A DNA stretch of 64,000 nucleotides from Bacilli bacterium (GTDB lineage Bacteria > Bacillota_I > Bacilli_A > ML615J-28 > CAG-698). Of the stretch, positions 1-9,173 are shown in pieces (within the stretch, counting starts at the first letter, position 1; every line of letters begins with the position of its first letter). The stretch covers positions 512,001 to 576,000 of the forward strand of contig JBMNLZ010000002.1 of the NCBI GenBank assembly GCA_050953065.1, given 5' to 3'. The translations under genes and the position numbers were made by a program. A model generated the notes under the pieces. It saw nothing but the letters and a program-made list of their open reading frames with translations. It was not told the origin of the DNA and did no database searches.

Positions 1-1209
1 GATAAAACGACTCTAACAACTGAAGTTGCAACTTTAGGAATTCAAAAGAATAACTTAGAAACTGAAATTACTAATTTAGAAGGAGTTGTAGATTCGCTAG
101 AAGCTTCAGTTGAATCTAAAAATGCAACTATTACTTCCCTAGATAATCAAATTAGTGAAAAGAATAATACTATTATATCTTTAGATAATGAAATTGCTAG
201 TAAGAATGCTTTAATAACTAATTTGCAAGCTCAAATTACTGAATATGAAGAAGATGTTTTATTAGTTGAAGATTTAACTGAAGAGATTGCTCAACTTGAA
301 TTAGATGTAGCTGCTTTAGAGGCTAATAAGACAAGTTTGCAAACTGATGTTACAGCACTAGAGTCTACTAAAGCAACTCTAACTACTGATATAGCAAATT
401 TAAATCAACAAAAAACAATTCTAACAAATACAATAAATTCTCTTAATTCTCAAGTAACTATTTTACAAGGTGATAAAGCAACTTTAGAAACAGAGATTGC
501 TGCTTTAAATCAAGAGTTATTAGAATTAGAACAAGAAGCTGAAGAGTATCATTTATATTTATTTAATTTATTTAATGAGATTTCACTTGATATAATGAAA
601 GCAAATATTGTTGTTAAAACATATAAATTTAGTAATTGCCTTGGAACTGGTAGTGGAATTATTATAAAAGAAGATACAACATATTATTATTTATTAACTA
701 ATAATCACGTTGTTTATATTGAAAATCAAACAAATCTATCTTATAAAGCAATTGATTTTAGAGGAAACGAGTATATTGCCAGTTTACAATTTAGAGATCC
801 TAACCATGATCTAGCATTGTTAAGAATTACTAAGGATTCAGAATTGCCAGTTTTAAGAGTTATAACATTAGAAACAACTAATCCTCTTTCTCAAGATAGA
901 ATAATTGCGATTGGTCAACCTTTAAGACAAACAAATACAGTTACTTTTGGTAAAATTACAACTTATACGACTATGACTTTAGGTGATACTCCGCCATCAG
1001 TTTCAAATGTAACATATAGTGTTATAATGCATGATGCAACGATTTTACCAGGAAGTAGTGGAGGAGTCTTACTTAATATGAGTTTAGTTGCAGTTGGTAT
1101 AAATTATGCTGGAAGTTATGATCCTGAAACTGAAGAGTTTGTAATTGGTGCAGCTATTCCAATAGAAAAGGTTCGTTTGTTTTTAACTGAAAATAGTTTT
1201 ACTTTATAG
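1..1209 (+). CDS. Trypsin-like (S1C/HtrA-like) serine protease with long N-terminal coiled coil, no PDZ; 5'-truncated by window edge
   Basis: Frame 1 is open from base 1 (DKTTLTTEVATLGIQ...), so the TTG at 223 is not the real start. Triad motifs TNNHVV, DLALL and GSSGG; heptad repeats upstream. Confidence 0.85.
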   Translation, partial: DKTTLTTEVATLGIQKNNLETEITNLEGVVDSLEASVESKNATITSLDNQISEKNNTIISLDNEIASKNALITNLQAQITEYEEDVLLVEDLTEEIAQLELDVAALEANKTSLQTDVTALESTKATLTTDIANLNQQKTILTNTINSLNSQVTILQGDKATLETEIAALNQELLELEQEAEEYHLYLFNLFNEISLDIMKANIVVKTYKFSNCLGTGSGIIIKEDTTYYYLLTNNHVVYIENQTNLSYKAIDFRGNEYIASLQFRDPNHDLALLRITKDSELPVLRVITLETTNPLSQDRIIAIGQPLRQTNTVTFGKITTYTTMTLGDTPPSVSNVTYSVIMHDATILPGSSGGVLLNMSLVAVGINYAGSYDPETEEFVIGAAIPIEKVRLFLTENSFTL

Positions 1210-1221
1210 AGGTAAATAGAT

Positions 1222-2151
1222 ATGAAAAGAAAAATATTTTTTATATTCTTATTAATTTTAAGTGTTTCATTATTAGTGGGTTGTGATTTTTTAGATTTTT
1301 CAAACTACGATAATAGTAGTAGCACTAATAGTGATTTAACAGCATTACAAGCTGAAAAGGCTAGATTGCAATTAGAGATCGATCGCCTTGAAGCAAGAAT
1401 TGCTGAAATTAAAGAAGAAAACGGTATTGTAAGTGAATTTAATAGTGATGCTGAACTTTACGATATAATCAATGAAATTTCCTTAGAGGTTGTTAAGGCT
1501 AATGTTATCGTATATGCAAAAACTTATAGAGTATCAATGTGGGGTGGAAGTTCTTTAGTTGCAACTGGTCAAGGAAGTGGAGTTATTTTTAGTCAATCAA
1601 GCAATGAATTATATTACTATGTTTTAAGCAATCATCATGTTGTTGCTCCTGATTCAAAGTATACTTCTTCATCATATTCTATGAATTATACAATCAAAGA
1701 CTATAAAGCTAATGAATATACAGCAGATTTGTTATTTAGTTCAGCGGATTATGATTTAGCAGTTTTAAGATTTAGAAAAAATTCTGAACATCCATTAAAA
1801 TCACTTCAAATTGAAACAGTCAATCCTGATCCTGGAAATGTTGTTGTAGCGATTGGTCAACCAGAAGGCCAAAGCAATACAATTACATTTGGTCAAATAA
1901 TAACATATAGTAAAGTTACTTTAAGTGATACACCTATTAGTGAATCAAATGTCAAGTTTGATGTAATAAGTCATGATGCTCCGATAAATTCAGGCAGTAG
2001 TGGTGGAGTGTTGCTTAATTCAAGTTTACATATAGTAGGTATTAATTATGCAGGTAGTCATGATGATTATGGTAATTTTGTTAGAGCATATGCAATACCA
2101 ATTGAAAAAGTAATTGAATATTTAACTGACAATGGATTTTCATTAAAATAA
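1222..2151 (+). CDS. Lipoprotein trypsin-like serine protease, paralogue of the upstream gene
   Basis: Signal peptide ending in lipobox LVGC, short coiled coil, SNHHVV / DLAVL / GSSGG triad; AGAGGT RBS. Confidence 0.85.
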   Translation: MKRKIFFIFLLILSVSLLVGCDFLDFSNYDNSSSTNSDLTALQAEKARLQLEIDRLEARIAEIKEENGIVSEFNSDAELYDIINEISLEVVKANVIVYAKTYRVSMWGGSSLVATGQGSGVIFSQSSNELYYYVLSNHHVVAPDSKYTSSSYSMNYTIKDYKANEYTADLLFSSADYDLAVLRFRKNSEHPLKSLQIETVNPDPGNVVVAIGQPEGQSNTITFGQIITYSKVTLSDTPISESNVKFDVISHDAPINSGSSGGVLLNSSLHIVGINYAGSHDDYGNFVRAYAIPIEKVIEYLTDNGFSLK

Positions 2152-2174
2152 AAAAAGGCCTTGAGGCCTTTTTT
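2150..2174. terminator. Bidirectional intrinsic terminator
   Basis: AAAAAGGCC-TTGA-GGCCTTTTT between convergent genes. Confidence 0.8.
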
Positions 2175-3042
2175 AAATTCCAAAAATTATATTTATTAAG
2201 TATCCAATTCCAAAAGATATTGCAGCAACAGTTAAACTAATTGCAGTCATTTGGAAAAATCTTTTCTTAAATGGTAAGTCTTTAGCAACAGAGATATAGT
2301 AGTTAAAGACTAAAATAATTAATACAACTGAAGTTAACATAATTCCTAGTGCTAAGAATTTATTGTTTCCAAGTAATAAGTAAGGTAGTATTAGAATTGC
2401 TACTGTGATAATATATGCTATTCCTGTGTAAAGTGCAGATTTTAAAGCATCTGGTTTTCCTTCTGTTTTAGCACTTAAGTATTCACTTGATGCCATTGAA
2501 AGACTTGCAGCAATTCCAGTTATCAAGCCACTGACAACAATAATTGTTGGATCTGTCATAGCTAGAGTTAGTCCAGCTAGAGCTCCAGATAACTCTACAA
2601 GTGCATCGTTTAATCCTAAAACAATAGAACCTACATAATTTAGGCTTTCTTCATTTAAAAGAGAAAGTAGTTTTTGTTCGTGCTCATCTTCCTCAGCTGC
2701 AATTTTTAAAGCCTCAGGAATATATTCAGCTAATTTTTGATATGTCTTATTAGCATGGTTTTCACCTTTTTCCATTAATTTTAAAGTGAAAGTATAACCA
2801 AAAAGCCTGCTCATCAAAGTATAGATGAAGATTTTAAACCTATTAGGTTTAATTTTTTCTTTTGTGTGTGATTCCCAAAAAGCATTATGAGCTTTTTCTT
2901 GTTTAGCAATTTTTTCTAATATCTTTTTATTTTCTTCGTTTTTGATTCTTTTAGCAATATTTAAATAAACATAGTATTCAGTAATCTCACCTTTTTGCAT
3001 TTTCCTGATCAGTTTTCTTATTTCTTTAGGATATGTTTTCAT
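2173..3042 (-). CDS. VIT1/CCC1 family iron transporter with N-terminal rubrerythrin/ferritin-like domain
   Basis: ExxH pairs (EKAH, EDEH) followed by VLGLNDALVE and SMASSEYLS VIT1 motifs. Confidence 0.85.
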   Translation of the reverse strand: MKTYPKEIRKLIRKMQKGEITEYYVYLNIAKRIKNEENKKILEKIAKQEKAHNAFWESHTKEKIKPNRFKIFIYTLMSRLFGYTFTLKLMEKGENHANKTYQKLAEYIPEALKIAAEEDEHEQKLLSLLNEESLNYVGSIVLGLNDALVELSGALAGLTLAMTDPTIIVVSGLITGIAASLSMASSEYLSAKTEGKPDALKSALYTGIAYIITVAILILPYLLLGNNKFLALGIMLTSVVLIILVFNYYISVAKDLPFKKRFFQMTAISLTVAAISFGIGYLINIIFGI

Positions 3043-3350
3043 TTTACTTCTCCTAATAAAGATAGTATTTTTTGTTTTGATAGAAATCCTGCAGTTCGAT
3101 TTATTTCTTTACCATCATTAAAAACTACTAAAGCAGGAATTGTCCAAACATTATAACTGTCCGATAATTCTTCATCTTTATCAACGTTTACTTTAAATAT
3201 TTTAACCTTACCGGCAAGTTCTTTTGCAAGTTCTTCTAGGATTGGAGATATCATTTTACAAGGACCACACCAGTCTGCGTAAAAATCTACTAATACTTTG
3301 CCTTTTGAATTTAAGACTTCCTGGTTGAAATTTTCTTTAGTTAAGATCAT
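3039..3350 (-). CDS. trxA: Thioredoxin
   Basis: DFYADWCGPCKM motif, 103 aa. Confidence 0.95.
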   Translation of the reverse strand: MILTKENFNQEVLNSKGKVLVDFYADWCGPCKMISPILEELAKELAGKVKIFKVNVDKDEELSDSYNVWTIPALVVFNDGKEINRTAGFLSKQKILSLLGEVK

Positions 3351-3496
3351 AAATATCCTCCTATTAATTTGATTATATATTATTTTTTAGAAATCTCAAG
3401 TAATTTGCTTTAAAACAAGTAAGAATCTATTAAAATAAATTGAGATTTATTTAAATTTGTGATATGATATATTATAATTAAGAGTAGAGGTAAAAT

Positions 3497-4294
3497 ATGA
3501 AGTATGTTTTAGTAACTGGTGCTGCAGGTGGACTTGGTAGTGCTGTTGTTAATAGTTTAGCTGAAAAAGATTTTTTTATCTTTGCAACTGATGTAAAAGA
3601 TACAAAGTTTGAAGCAAGAAATGTTAAATTTTTTCAATCAGATATTACATCAAACGAAAGTATAGAAGAGTTAAAAAGAAAGATAAAAAAACATACTGAT
3701 ACTTTATTTGGTATAGTTAATACTGCTGGGATTTTCTTCTTAGATTCTTTTGTGGAAGGAGAAGAAGAAAAACTAAGAAAGATTATTGAAATTAATTTCT
3801 TTGGAACCTATAGAGTTAATAAAATATTCTTTGAAATGTTAAAACCAAAATACAGCAAAATTATAAATGTTGCAAGTGAGGTAAGTAGATATACTCCTCA
3901 ACCATTTAATGGTTTTTATACTTTAAGTAAACAAATGGTTGATACATATACTCATGCTTTAAGAAGGGAATTAAATTATTTAGATATTAAAGTAATTAAA
4001 ATAGAACCAGGCAGTTTTAAAACCAAAATGCTTAATGCTGCAGATGATGAGTTTCACATTTTGGTTGATAAAACTGCATATTATAAAAACAACTTGCTTA
4101 AACTAAAAAAACTTATGGATGCTGAACTTTCAAAAGAAAATAATCCTAAAAAGTTTGGTAAACTAGTTTTAAAGATTCTAAAAAGAAAGAAGAATAAACT
4201 AAATTATAGAATCTGTAATAGTTATAAATTAGCATTATTAGGAATGCTTCCTGCTAGAATGCAGGATAGACTACTTAAAAGAATAATTAGGTAA
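3497..4294 (+). CDS. Short-chain dehydrogenase/reductase
   Basis: TGAAGGLG, NTAG and YTLSK motifs. Confidence 0.9.
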   Translation: MKYVLVTGAAGGLGSAVVNSLAEKDFFIFATDVKDTKFEARNVKFFQSDITSNESIEELKRKIKKHTDTLFGIVNTAGIFFLDSFVEGEEEKLRKIIEINFFGTYRVNKIFFEMLKPKYSKIINVASEVSRYTPQPFNGFYTLSKQMVDTYTHALRRELNYLDIKVIKIEPGSFKTKMLNAADDEFHILVDKTAYYKNNLLKLKKLMDAELSKENNPKKFGKLVLKILKRKKNKLNYRICNSYKLALLGMLPARMQDRLLKRIIR

Positions 4295-4305
4295 GAGGGA
4301 TAAAA

Positions 4306-5154
4306 ATGTATAAGGTATTAGAAAAAAGAAATTTAAATCCAAGTGTAGGTTTTTTAAAAATTGAAGCGCCGTTAGTTTCAAGAAGGGCTGAACCTGGGCA
4401 ATTTATTATCCTAAGAGCAAACGAAGAAGGCGAAAGAACACCTTTTACTATTTATGATTATGATAGAGAAAAAGGTACTATTAGTATAATCTTTCAAATT
4501 GTTGGCGCTACTACTAGAAGATTAGATGCATTAAAAGTAGGAGATTATATTTTAGATGTTGTAGGTCCTTTAGGAAAAGCGGTAGAATTTGATAATGTTA
4601 AAGATGCAATCGTAGTAGGTGGTGGAGTGGGATGTGCGATAGCATTTCCAATTGTTAAAAAACTTCATAATCTAGGAATAAATGTTACTTCAATCATTGG
4701 CTTTAGAAATAAAGATTTAGTAATTTTAGAAGATGAGTTTAAAAAAGTGAGCAATGACTTTTATCTTATGACAGATGATGGGTCACATGGTGAAAAAGGA
4801 ATGGTAACTGATGCTTTAAGAAGATTACTTGAAAAGAAAAAATATGATAAAGTATATGTTATTGGACCTTTGATAATGATGAAGTTTGTATCTTTACTAA
4901 CAAAAGAATTTAATACTTCAACTGTTGTTAGTATGAATTCAATTATGGTTGATGGAACTGGAATGTGTGGAGGCTGTAGAGTAACAGTTGGTGGAGAAGT
5001 AAAGTTTGCATGTGTTGATGGACCTGATTTTGATGGACACTTAGTTGATTTTGATGAAGCAATTCAAAGAAGCAGAATTTATGCTGATGTTGAGAAAAAG
5101 CGGGATGAGGCTACGTGCAATTTGTTTAAGGTGAAAAAAGATGAACTTAAGTAA
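4306..5154 (+). CDS. nfnA: NfnA/SudB-like flavoprotein subunit (FAD/NAD, 2Fe-2S)
   Basis: PGQFIILR, GPLG, GGGVG and MVDGTGMCGGCRV...FACVDGPDF motifs. Confidence 0.85.
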   Translation: MYKVLEKRNLNPSVGFLKIEAPLVSRRAEPGQFIILRANEEGERTPFTIYDYDREKGTISIIFQIVGATTRRLDALKVGDYILDVVGPLGKAVEFDNVKDAIVVGGGVGCAIAFPIVKKLHNLGINVTSIIGFRNKDLVILEDEFKKVSNDFYLMTDDGSHGEKGMVTDALRRLLEKKKYDKVYVIGPLIMMKFVSLLTKEFNTSTVVSMNSIMVDGTGMCGGCRVTVGGEVKFACVDGPDFDGHLVDFDEAIQRSRIYADVEKKRDEATCNLFKVKKDELK

Positions 5155-6526
5155 GAAAAAAAATGAAATGCCTTCTCAAGCACCTTTTGAAAGGATAAAA
5201 AACTTTGATGAGGTTGCTTTAGGTTACACTTTTGAGATGGCGCTAGATGAAGCGTCTAGATGTTTAAATTGTAAGAATCCACCTTGTGTTAAGGGTTGTC
5301 CTGTAAATATTAATATTCCAAGGTTTATTTCAAAAATAAAAGAAAAAGAAATTAAAGAAGCATATGATGTAATTAGTGAATATAGTCTTTTTCCAAGTAT
5401 TTGTGGTAGAGTTTGTCCTCAAGAAACTCAATGTGAAGCACAATGCGTTAGAGGAAAAGCAGGAGAGCCTGTTGGAATTGGTTATTTAGAAAGATTTGTA
5501 GCTGATTATGTTTATGAAAACAAAAGTAAAAGAAGTATTATTAAAGAAAAAGATAATAATATTAAAGTTGCAGTAGTTGGTTCTGGTCCTGCAGGCTTAA
5601 CTTGCGCATCAGAACTTGCAAGAAGAGGATATAGGGTAACTATCTTTGAAGCATTACATGCTGCAGGTGGAGTTTTAGCATATGGAATTCCTGAGTTCAG
5701 ATTACCTAAAAAAATCTTAGCAGATGAAATAGAAAGACTAAAAAGTTTAGGTGTAGAAATTCTAACAAATGTTATTATTGGTAAATCTTTAACAATTGAA
5801 GATATTTTTAGTGATGGTTATAAGGCAGTTTATCTTGGTACTGGAGCTGGTCTTCCTAAATTTATGAAGATTCCTGGAGAAAATGCTAATGGTGTCTTTT
5901 CTGCTAATGAATTCTTGACAAGAATTAATTTAATGAAAGCATATAAGGAAGGTTATGAAACACCAATTTATAGAGCTAACAAGGTTGCAGTTGTAGGTGG
6001 TGGAAATGTTGCAATGGATGCTGCAAGATGTGCTAAAAGGCTAGGAGCAAATGAGGTTTATATAATTTATAGACGTAGTGAAAAGGAAATGCCTGCAAGA
6101 CTTGAAGAAGTACATCATGCAAAAGAAGAAGGAATTAAATTTATGTTACTAAGCAATCCAACTGAAATTGTTGCTGAAAACGGTAAAGTAGTTGGAATTA
6201 AATGTGTTAAAATGGAATTAAAAGAAACTGATTCAAAGGGTAGAATGACTCCAGTTGAAATTAAAGATAGTGAATTCTTTACCAAAGTTGATGCTGTAAT
6301 TATGGCTTTAGGAAATCATCCAAATCCTGTATTAACAAAAACAACAGATAATTTAGAAGTTGACTCTAGAGGTTGTTTAATAGTTGATGAAAACTATCAA
6401 ACTTCTAGAAAGGGTATTTTTGCAGGTGGTGATGCTGTAACAGGAGCTGCAACAGTAATCTCTGCGATGGGAGCAGGGAAGGTTGCTGCTAAAAACATTG
6501 ATGAATATTTAAAAAATTCTAAATAA
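5141..6526 (+). CDS. nfnB: NfnB/SudA-like (GltD-like) subunit; with nfnA likely an electron-bifurcating transhydrogenase
   Basis: RCLNCKNPPCVKGCP, CGRVCPQETQCE, GSGPAG and GGGNVAMD motifs; overlaps nfnA; no large GltB subunit adjacent. Confidence 0.85.
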   Translation: MNLSKKKNEMPSQAPFERIKNFDEVALGYTFEMALDEASRCLNCKNPPCVKGCPVNINIPRFISKIKEKEIKEAYDVISEYSLFPSICGRVCPQETQCEAQCVRGKAGEPVGIGYLERFVADYVYENKSKRSIIKEKDNNIKVAVVGSGPAGLTCASELARRGYRVTIFEALHAAGGVLAYGIPEFRLPKKILADEIERLKSLGVEILTNVIIGKSLTIEDIFSDGYKAVYLGTGAGLPKFMKIPGENANGVFSANEFLTRINLMKAYKEGYETPIYRANKVAVVGGGNVAMDAARCAKRLGANEVYIIYRRSEKEMPARLEEVHHAKEEGIKFMLLSNPTEIVAENGKVVGIKCVKMELKETDSKGRMTPVEIKDSEFFTKVDAVIMALGNHPNPVLTKTTDNLEVDSRGCLIVDENYQTSRKGIFAGGDAVTGAATVISAMGAGKVAAKNIDEYLKNSK

Positions 6527-6562
6527 AATTTATAAAAAACAATGAAAAAGTTTTATTTTGAA

Positions 6563-6591
6563 TTGACTTTAGTGAATTTAATTGATAAAAT
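6563..6591 (+). promoter_or_regulatory. Sigma-A-type promoter of the NCS2 permease
   Basis: TTGACT-17 nt-TAAAAT with TG extension. Confidence 0.6.
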
Positions 6592-6657
6592 AATAATGGT
6601 TTTTAAAAAAAAGCAATTAAAGTAATTATTGCTTAAAAAAAGAAAAAGGAGAGTATT

Positions 6658-8295
6658 ATGGAAAAAGAAAACAAAAAAGATTCTGCAACTAAAAAAACTT
6701 CTACAACTAAAAAAGAAGAAGTTGTAGAAAAAGAAGAAGTTGTTGAAGAAGAAGCAGTTGAAGAAGAAGCAGTTGAAGAAAAAGTAGAAAAGAAAGAAAA
6801 GCCAGTTAAAGCAGAAAAAGAAAAAACTGAAAATGCTTTTGCTGAAAAACTAGACAAATTCTTCGGAATTACTGCAAAGGGTTCTACTATTAGGACTGAG
6901 ATTATTGCTGGTTTAACTACATTCTTTGCAATGTGTTATATTTTGTTAGTTAACCCAGATCAAATGACTGGATTTACTCGTTTTACATTTGCTTTCGCAC
7001 CTGAAGTTATGCAAGTTTATTATGCAATCTTTATTGCTACTGCTATTGGTGCAATTATTGGTACGTTGTTAATGGGCTTATATGCAAAGATGCCTTTTGC
7101 TCAAGCTCCTGGTATGGGCTTAAATAGTTTCTTTGCTACAGCATTTATTTTTGGTGCATTTACAGCATTAGAATTAGCTCCTGCAAATATTCCTGAAATG
7201 TATAAAGCAGGTCTTTCAATTATTCTGGTAGCTGGATTCTTATTCTTAATTATTTCAATTACTGGACTTAGAAAAGCAATAATAAAGGGAATGCCTATTG
7301 TTTTGAAAAAAGCAATTCCTGCTGGAATTGGTTTATTTATTGCATATATTGCTTTCCAAAATGCTGGAATCATTCAAGCTAATCCTTTTGTTCAAGTTCA
7401 ATTAGTTGACTTAACTGCAGGATGGTATGAAATTGCTGGTCCTATAGCAGCTTTACTTGGATTTTTCTTAATTGCTGCACTTTCAAAAACTAAACTTAAG
7501 GGTGGTTCAATTATAATTGGTATTTTAGGAACTACTGTTTTATATTACTTGTTTAATATTGGAAACGCAGATGCTTATGTTGCATTTACTGATCCATTAG
7601 TTAATCCTTTTACAGCTTTTAAAAATTTTGGTGAAGTAGGATTATTTGGTGCTTTCCAAGGATTTAAATATTGGACTGCTGAAAATGTATTTTCAGTAAT
7701 TATGCTAGTAATTACATTCTGTTTAGTTGATATGTTTGATACTTTAGGAACACTTCAAGGAACTTGTGCTGAAGCTGATATGTTAGATGAAGAAGGAAAT
7801 CCTCAAAGATTAAATCAAGCTATGGCAAGTGATGCTATTGCAACTGTTACAGGTGCTTTAGCTGGTACATCAACTGTTACTACATATGTTGAGTCTGCTT
7901 CTGGTATATCAGTAGGTGGAAGAACTGGTCTTACTTCAGTTGTTGTTGCTGCTTTGTTCTTCTTAGCAATGTTCTTATCACCAATTGCTACTATTATTCC
8001 GGGTGTTGCTACTGCTCCAGCTTTAATGTTTGTTGGGGTATTAATGTTAAAGAATATTAAAGATGTTGATTTTTCAGATATTACAAATGCAGTTCCTGCA
8101 TTTATGACATTAGTTATGATGCCACTTACTTATTCAATTTCAAATGGTATTGCTTTAGGTATGATTTCATATGTAATCTTAAAAGCTGCATCGATTCGTT
8201 CAGCAAGTGATACTAAAGAATTCTTCAAAAATAATTATATCTTAATAATTTTGTCGATTCTATTCTTGCTTCGTTTCTTCTTAGTTAAAATGTAA
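6658..8295 (+). CDS. NCS2/AzgA-family (PbuG-like) guanine/hypoxanthine permease with charged N-terminal tail
   Basis: TEIIAGLTTF, AQAPGMGLN, DMFDTLGT and YVESASGISVGGRTGLT motifs; adjacent to the pur cluster. Confidence 0.9.
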   Translation: MEKENKKDSATKKTSTTKKEEVVEKEEVVEEEAVEEEAVEEKVEKKEKPVKAEKEKTENAFAEKLDKFFGITAKGSTIRTEIIAGLTTFFAMCYILLVNPDQMTGFTRFTFAFAPEVMQVYYAIFIATAIGAIIGTLLMGLYAKMPFAQAPGMGLNSFFATAFIFGAFTALELAPANIPEMYKAGLSIILVAGFLFLIISITGLRKAIIKGMPIVLKKAIPAGIGLFIAYIAFQNAGIIQANPFVQVQLVDLTAGWYEIAGPIAALLGFFLIAALSKTKLKGGSIIIGILGTTVLYYLFNIGNADAYVAFTDPLVNPFTAFKNFGEVGLFGAFQGFKYWTAENVFSVIMLVITFCLVDMFDTLGTLQGTCAEADMLDEEGNPQRLNQAMASDAIATVTGALAGTSTVTTYVESASGISVGGRTGLTSVVVAALFFLAMFLSPIATIIPGVATAPALMFVGVLMLKNIKDVDFSDITNAVPAFMTLVMMPLTYSISNGIALGMISYVILKAASIRSASDTKEFFKNNYILIILSILFLLRFFLVKM

Positions 8296-8305
8296 GTAAA
8301 AATAT

Positions 8306-8347
8306 AAGCTAAAATATTTATGAAAATAGATATTTTAGCTTTTTTTT
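8306..8347 (+). terminator. Intrinsic terminator after the permease
   Basis: AAGCTAAAATAT...ATATTTTAGCTT followed by a T run. Confidence 0.75.
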
Positions 8348-8384
8348 AAGTAAAAAAATTTATTGTGTAAATGTTTACATATGT

Positions 8385-8413
8385 TTGTAAAAAAAGGGAG
8401 TTAATGGTATAAT
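8385..8413 (+). promoter_or_regulatory. Promoter of the pur leader
   Basis: TTGTAA-17 nt-TATAAT with TGn extension, about 10 nt before the riboswitch. Confidence 0.75.
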
Positions 8414-8423
8414 AAGACATAAT

Positions 8424-8500
8424 AAGAGGTTTGTATAATCGCTTGAATATGGAAAGCAAGTTTCTACCTTAAGACCGTAAATCTTAAGACTACAAATTTT
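8424..8500 (+). ncRNA. Purine riboswitch aptamer, guanine-type
   Basis: TTGTATAATCGCTTGAATATGGAAAGCAAGTTTCTACCTTAAGACCGTAAATCTTAAGACTACAA matches the xpt-type core; the discriminator (GAC before the 3' P1 strand) is C, which indicates guanine. Confidence 0.95.
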
Positions 8501-8561
8501 AGAACATAAGCGAATAATACCCTCTATACATTTTAAAAAATTGGTAAAAGGAGGTACAAAT

Positions 8562-8639
8562 ATGAGAAATTTAATTTTTGCGAATTTAACAACTGTTTGT
8601 AACACTTCTTTTATTTTTGGTGTGTTTTTAAACAACTAA
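8562..8639 (+). CDS. Putative 25-aa leader peptide MRNLIFANLTTVCNTSFIFGVFLNN
   Basis: Near-perfect SD AAGGAGGT (8548-8555) 6 nt before ATG; stop TAA overlaps the terminator hairpin. Below the ORF track size cut-off. Confidence 0.6.
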   Translation: MRNLIFANLTTVCNTSFIFGVFLNN

Positions 8640-8666
8640 ACATTAACTATTTGTTAATGTTTTTTT
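8638..8666 (+). terminator. Attenuator/terminator before purE
   Basis: AAACATTAAC-TATTT-GTTAATGTTT followed by a T run. Confidence 0.7.
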
Positions 8667-8690
8667 ATTAATATATTAGGAGGGAATATT

Positions 8691-9170
8691 ATGAAACCGG
8701 TTGTTAGTGTTATTATGGGCTCAATTAGTGATAAAGAGGTAATGAGTAAAGCTTTTGAAATTTTAGATAGTTTTAATGTGGCTTATGAGAAAAAGGTTAT
8801 GAGCGCTCATAGGACACCAGAAGAAGTGGCAAGTTTTTCTAAGAATGCAATTAATAATGGAATTAAAGTAATAATTGCTGGAGCTGGAGGGGCTGCACAT
8901 TTACCTGGTGTTATTGCTTCTATGACAGTCCTGCCTGTAATTGGTGTGCCTATTTTAGGTAAGTCAACAGCTGGTTTGGATTCACTTTTGTCAATTGTCC
9001 AAATGCCAAGTGGAATCCCTGTTGCAACAGTTGGAATAAATGGAAGTGCAAATGCTGCTTTATTAGCAGTTGAAGTATTAGCAGTAAATGATATTTCTTT
9101 ACAAAAAAGGTTAGTTGAATATAGAGAAAAAATAAAAAAATTATCATTAGAAAGCAATAAGGGATTATAA
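8691..9170 (+). CDS. purE: N5-CAIR mutase / AIR carboxylase
   Basis: IMGSISD, SAHRTP, AGAGGAAHLPG and IVQMPSGIPVATV motifs. Confidence 0.95.
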   Translation: MKPVVSVIMGSISDKEVMSKAFEILDSFNVAYEKKVMSAHRTPEEVASFSKNAINNGIKVIIAGAGGAAHLPGVIASMTVLPVIGVPILGKSTAGLDSLLSIVQMPSGIPVATVGINGSANAALLAVEVLAVNDISLQKRLVEYREKIKKLSLESNKGL

Positions 9171-9173
9171 AGT

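Noticed and set aside
3391-3448. Inverted repeat AAATCTCAA...TTGAGATTT between trxA and the SDR
   Set aside because: Adequately explained as the TTGAGA -35 boxes of two divergent promoters.
5141-6526. Glutamate synthase call for the GltD-like gene
   Set aside because: There is no large subunit, and pairing with the 282-aa flavoprotein fits NfnAB/SudAB.
8375-8635. 86-aa minus-strand ORF in the pur leader
   Set aside because: It is antisense to the promoter, riboswitch and leader ORF, with no recognisable RBS or domain.
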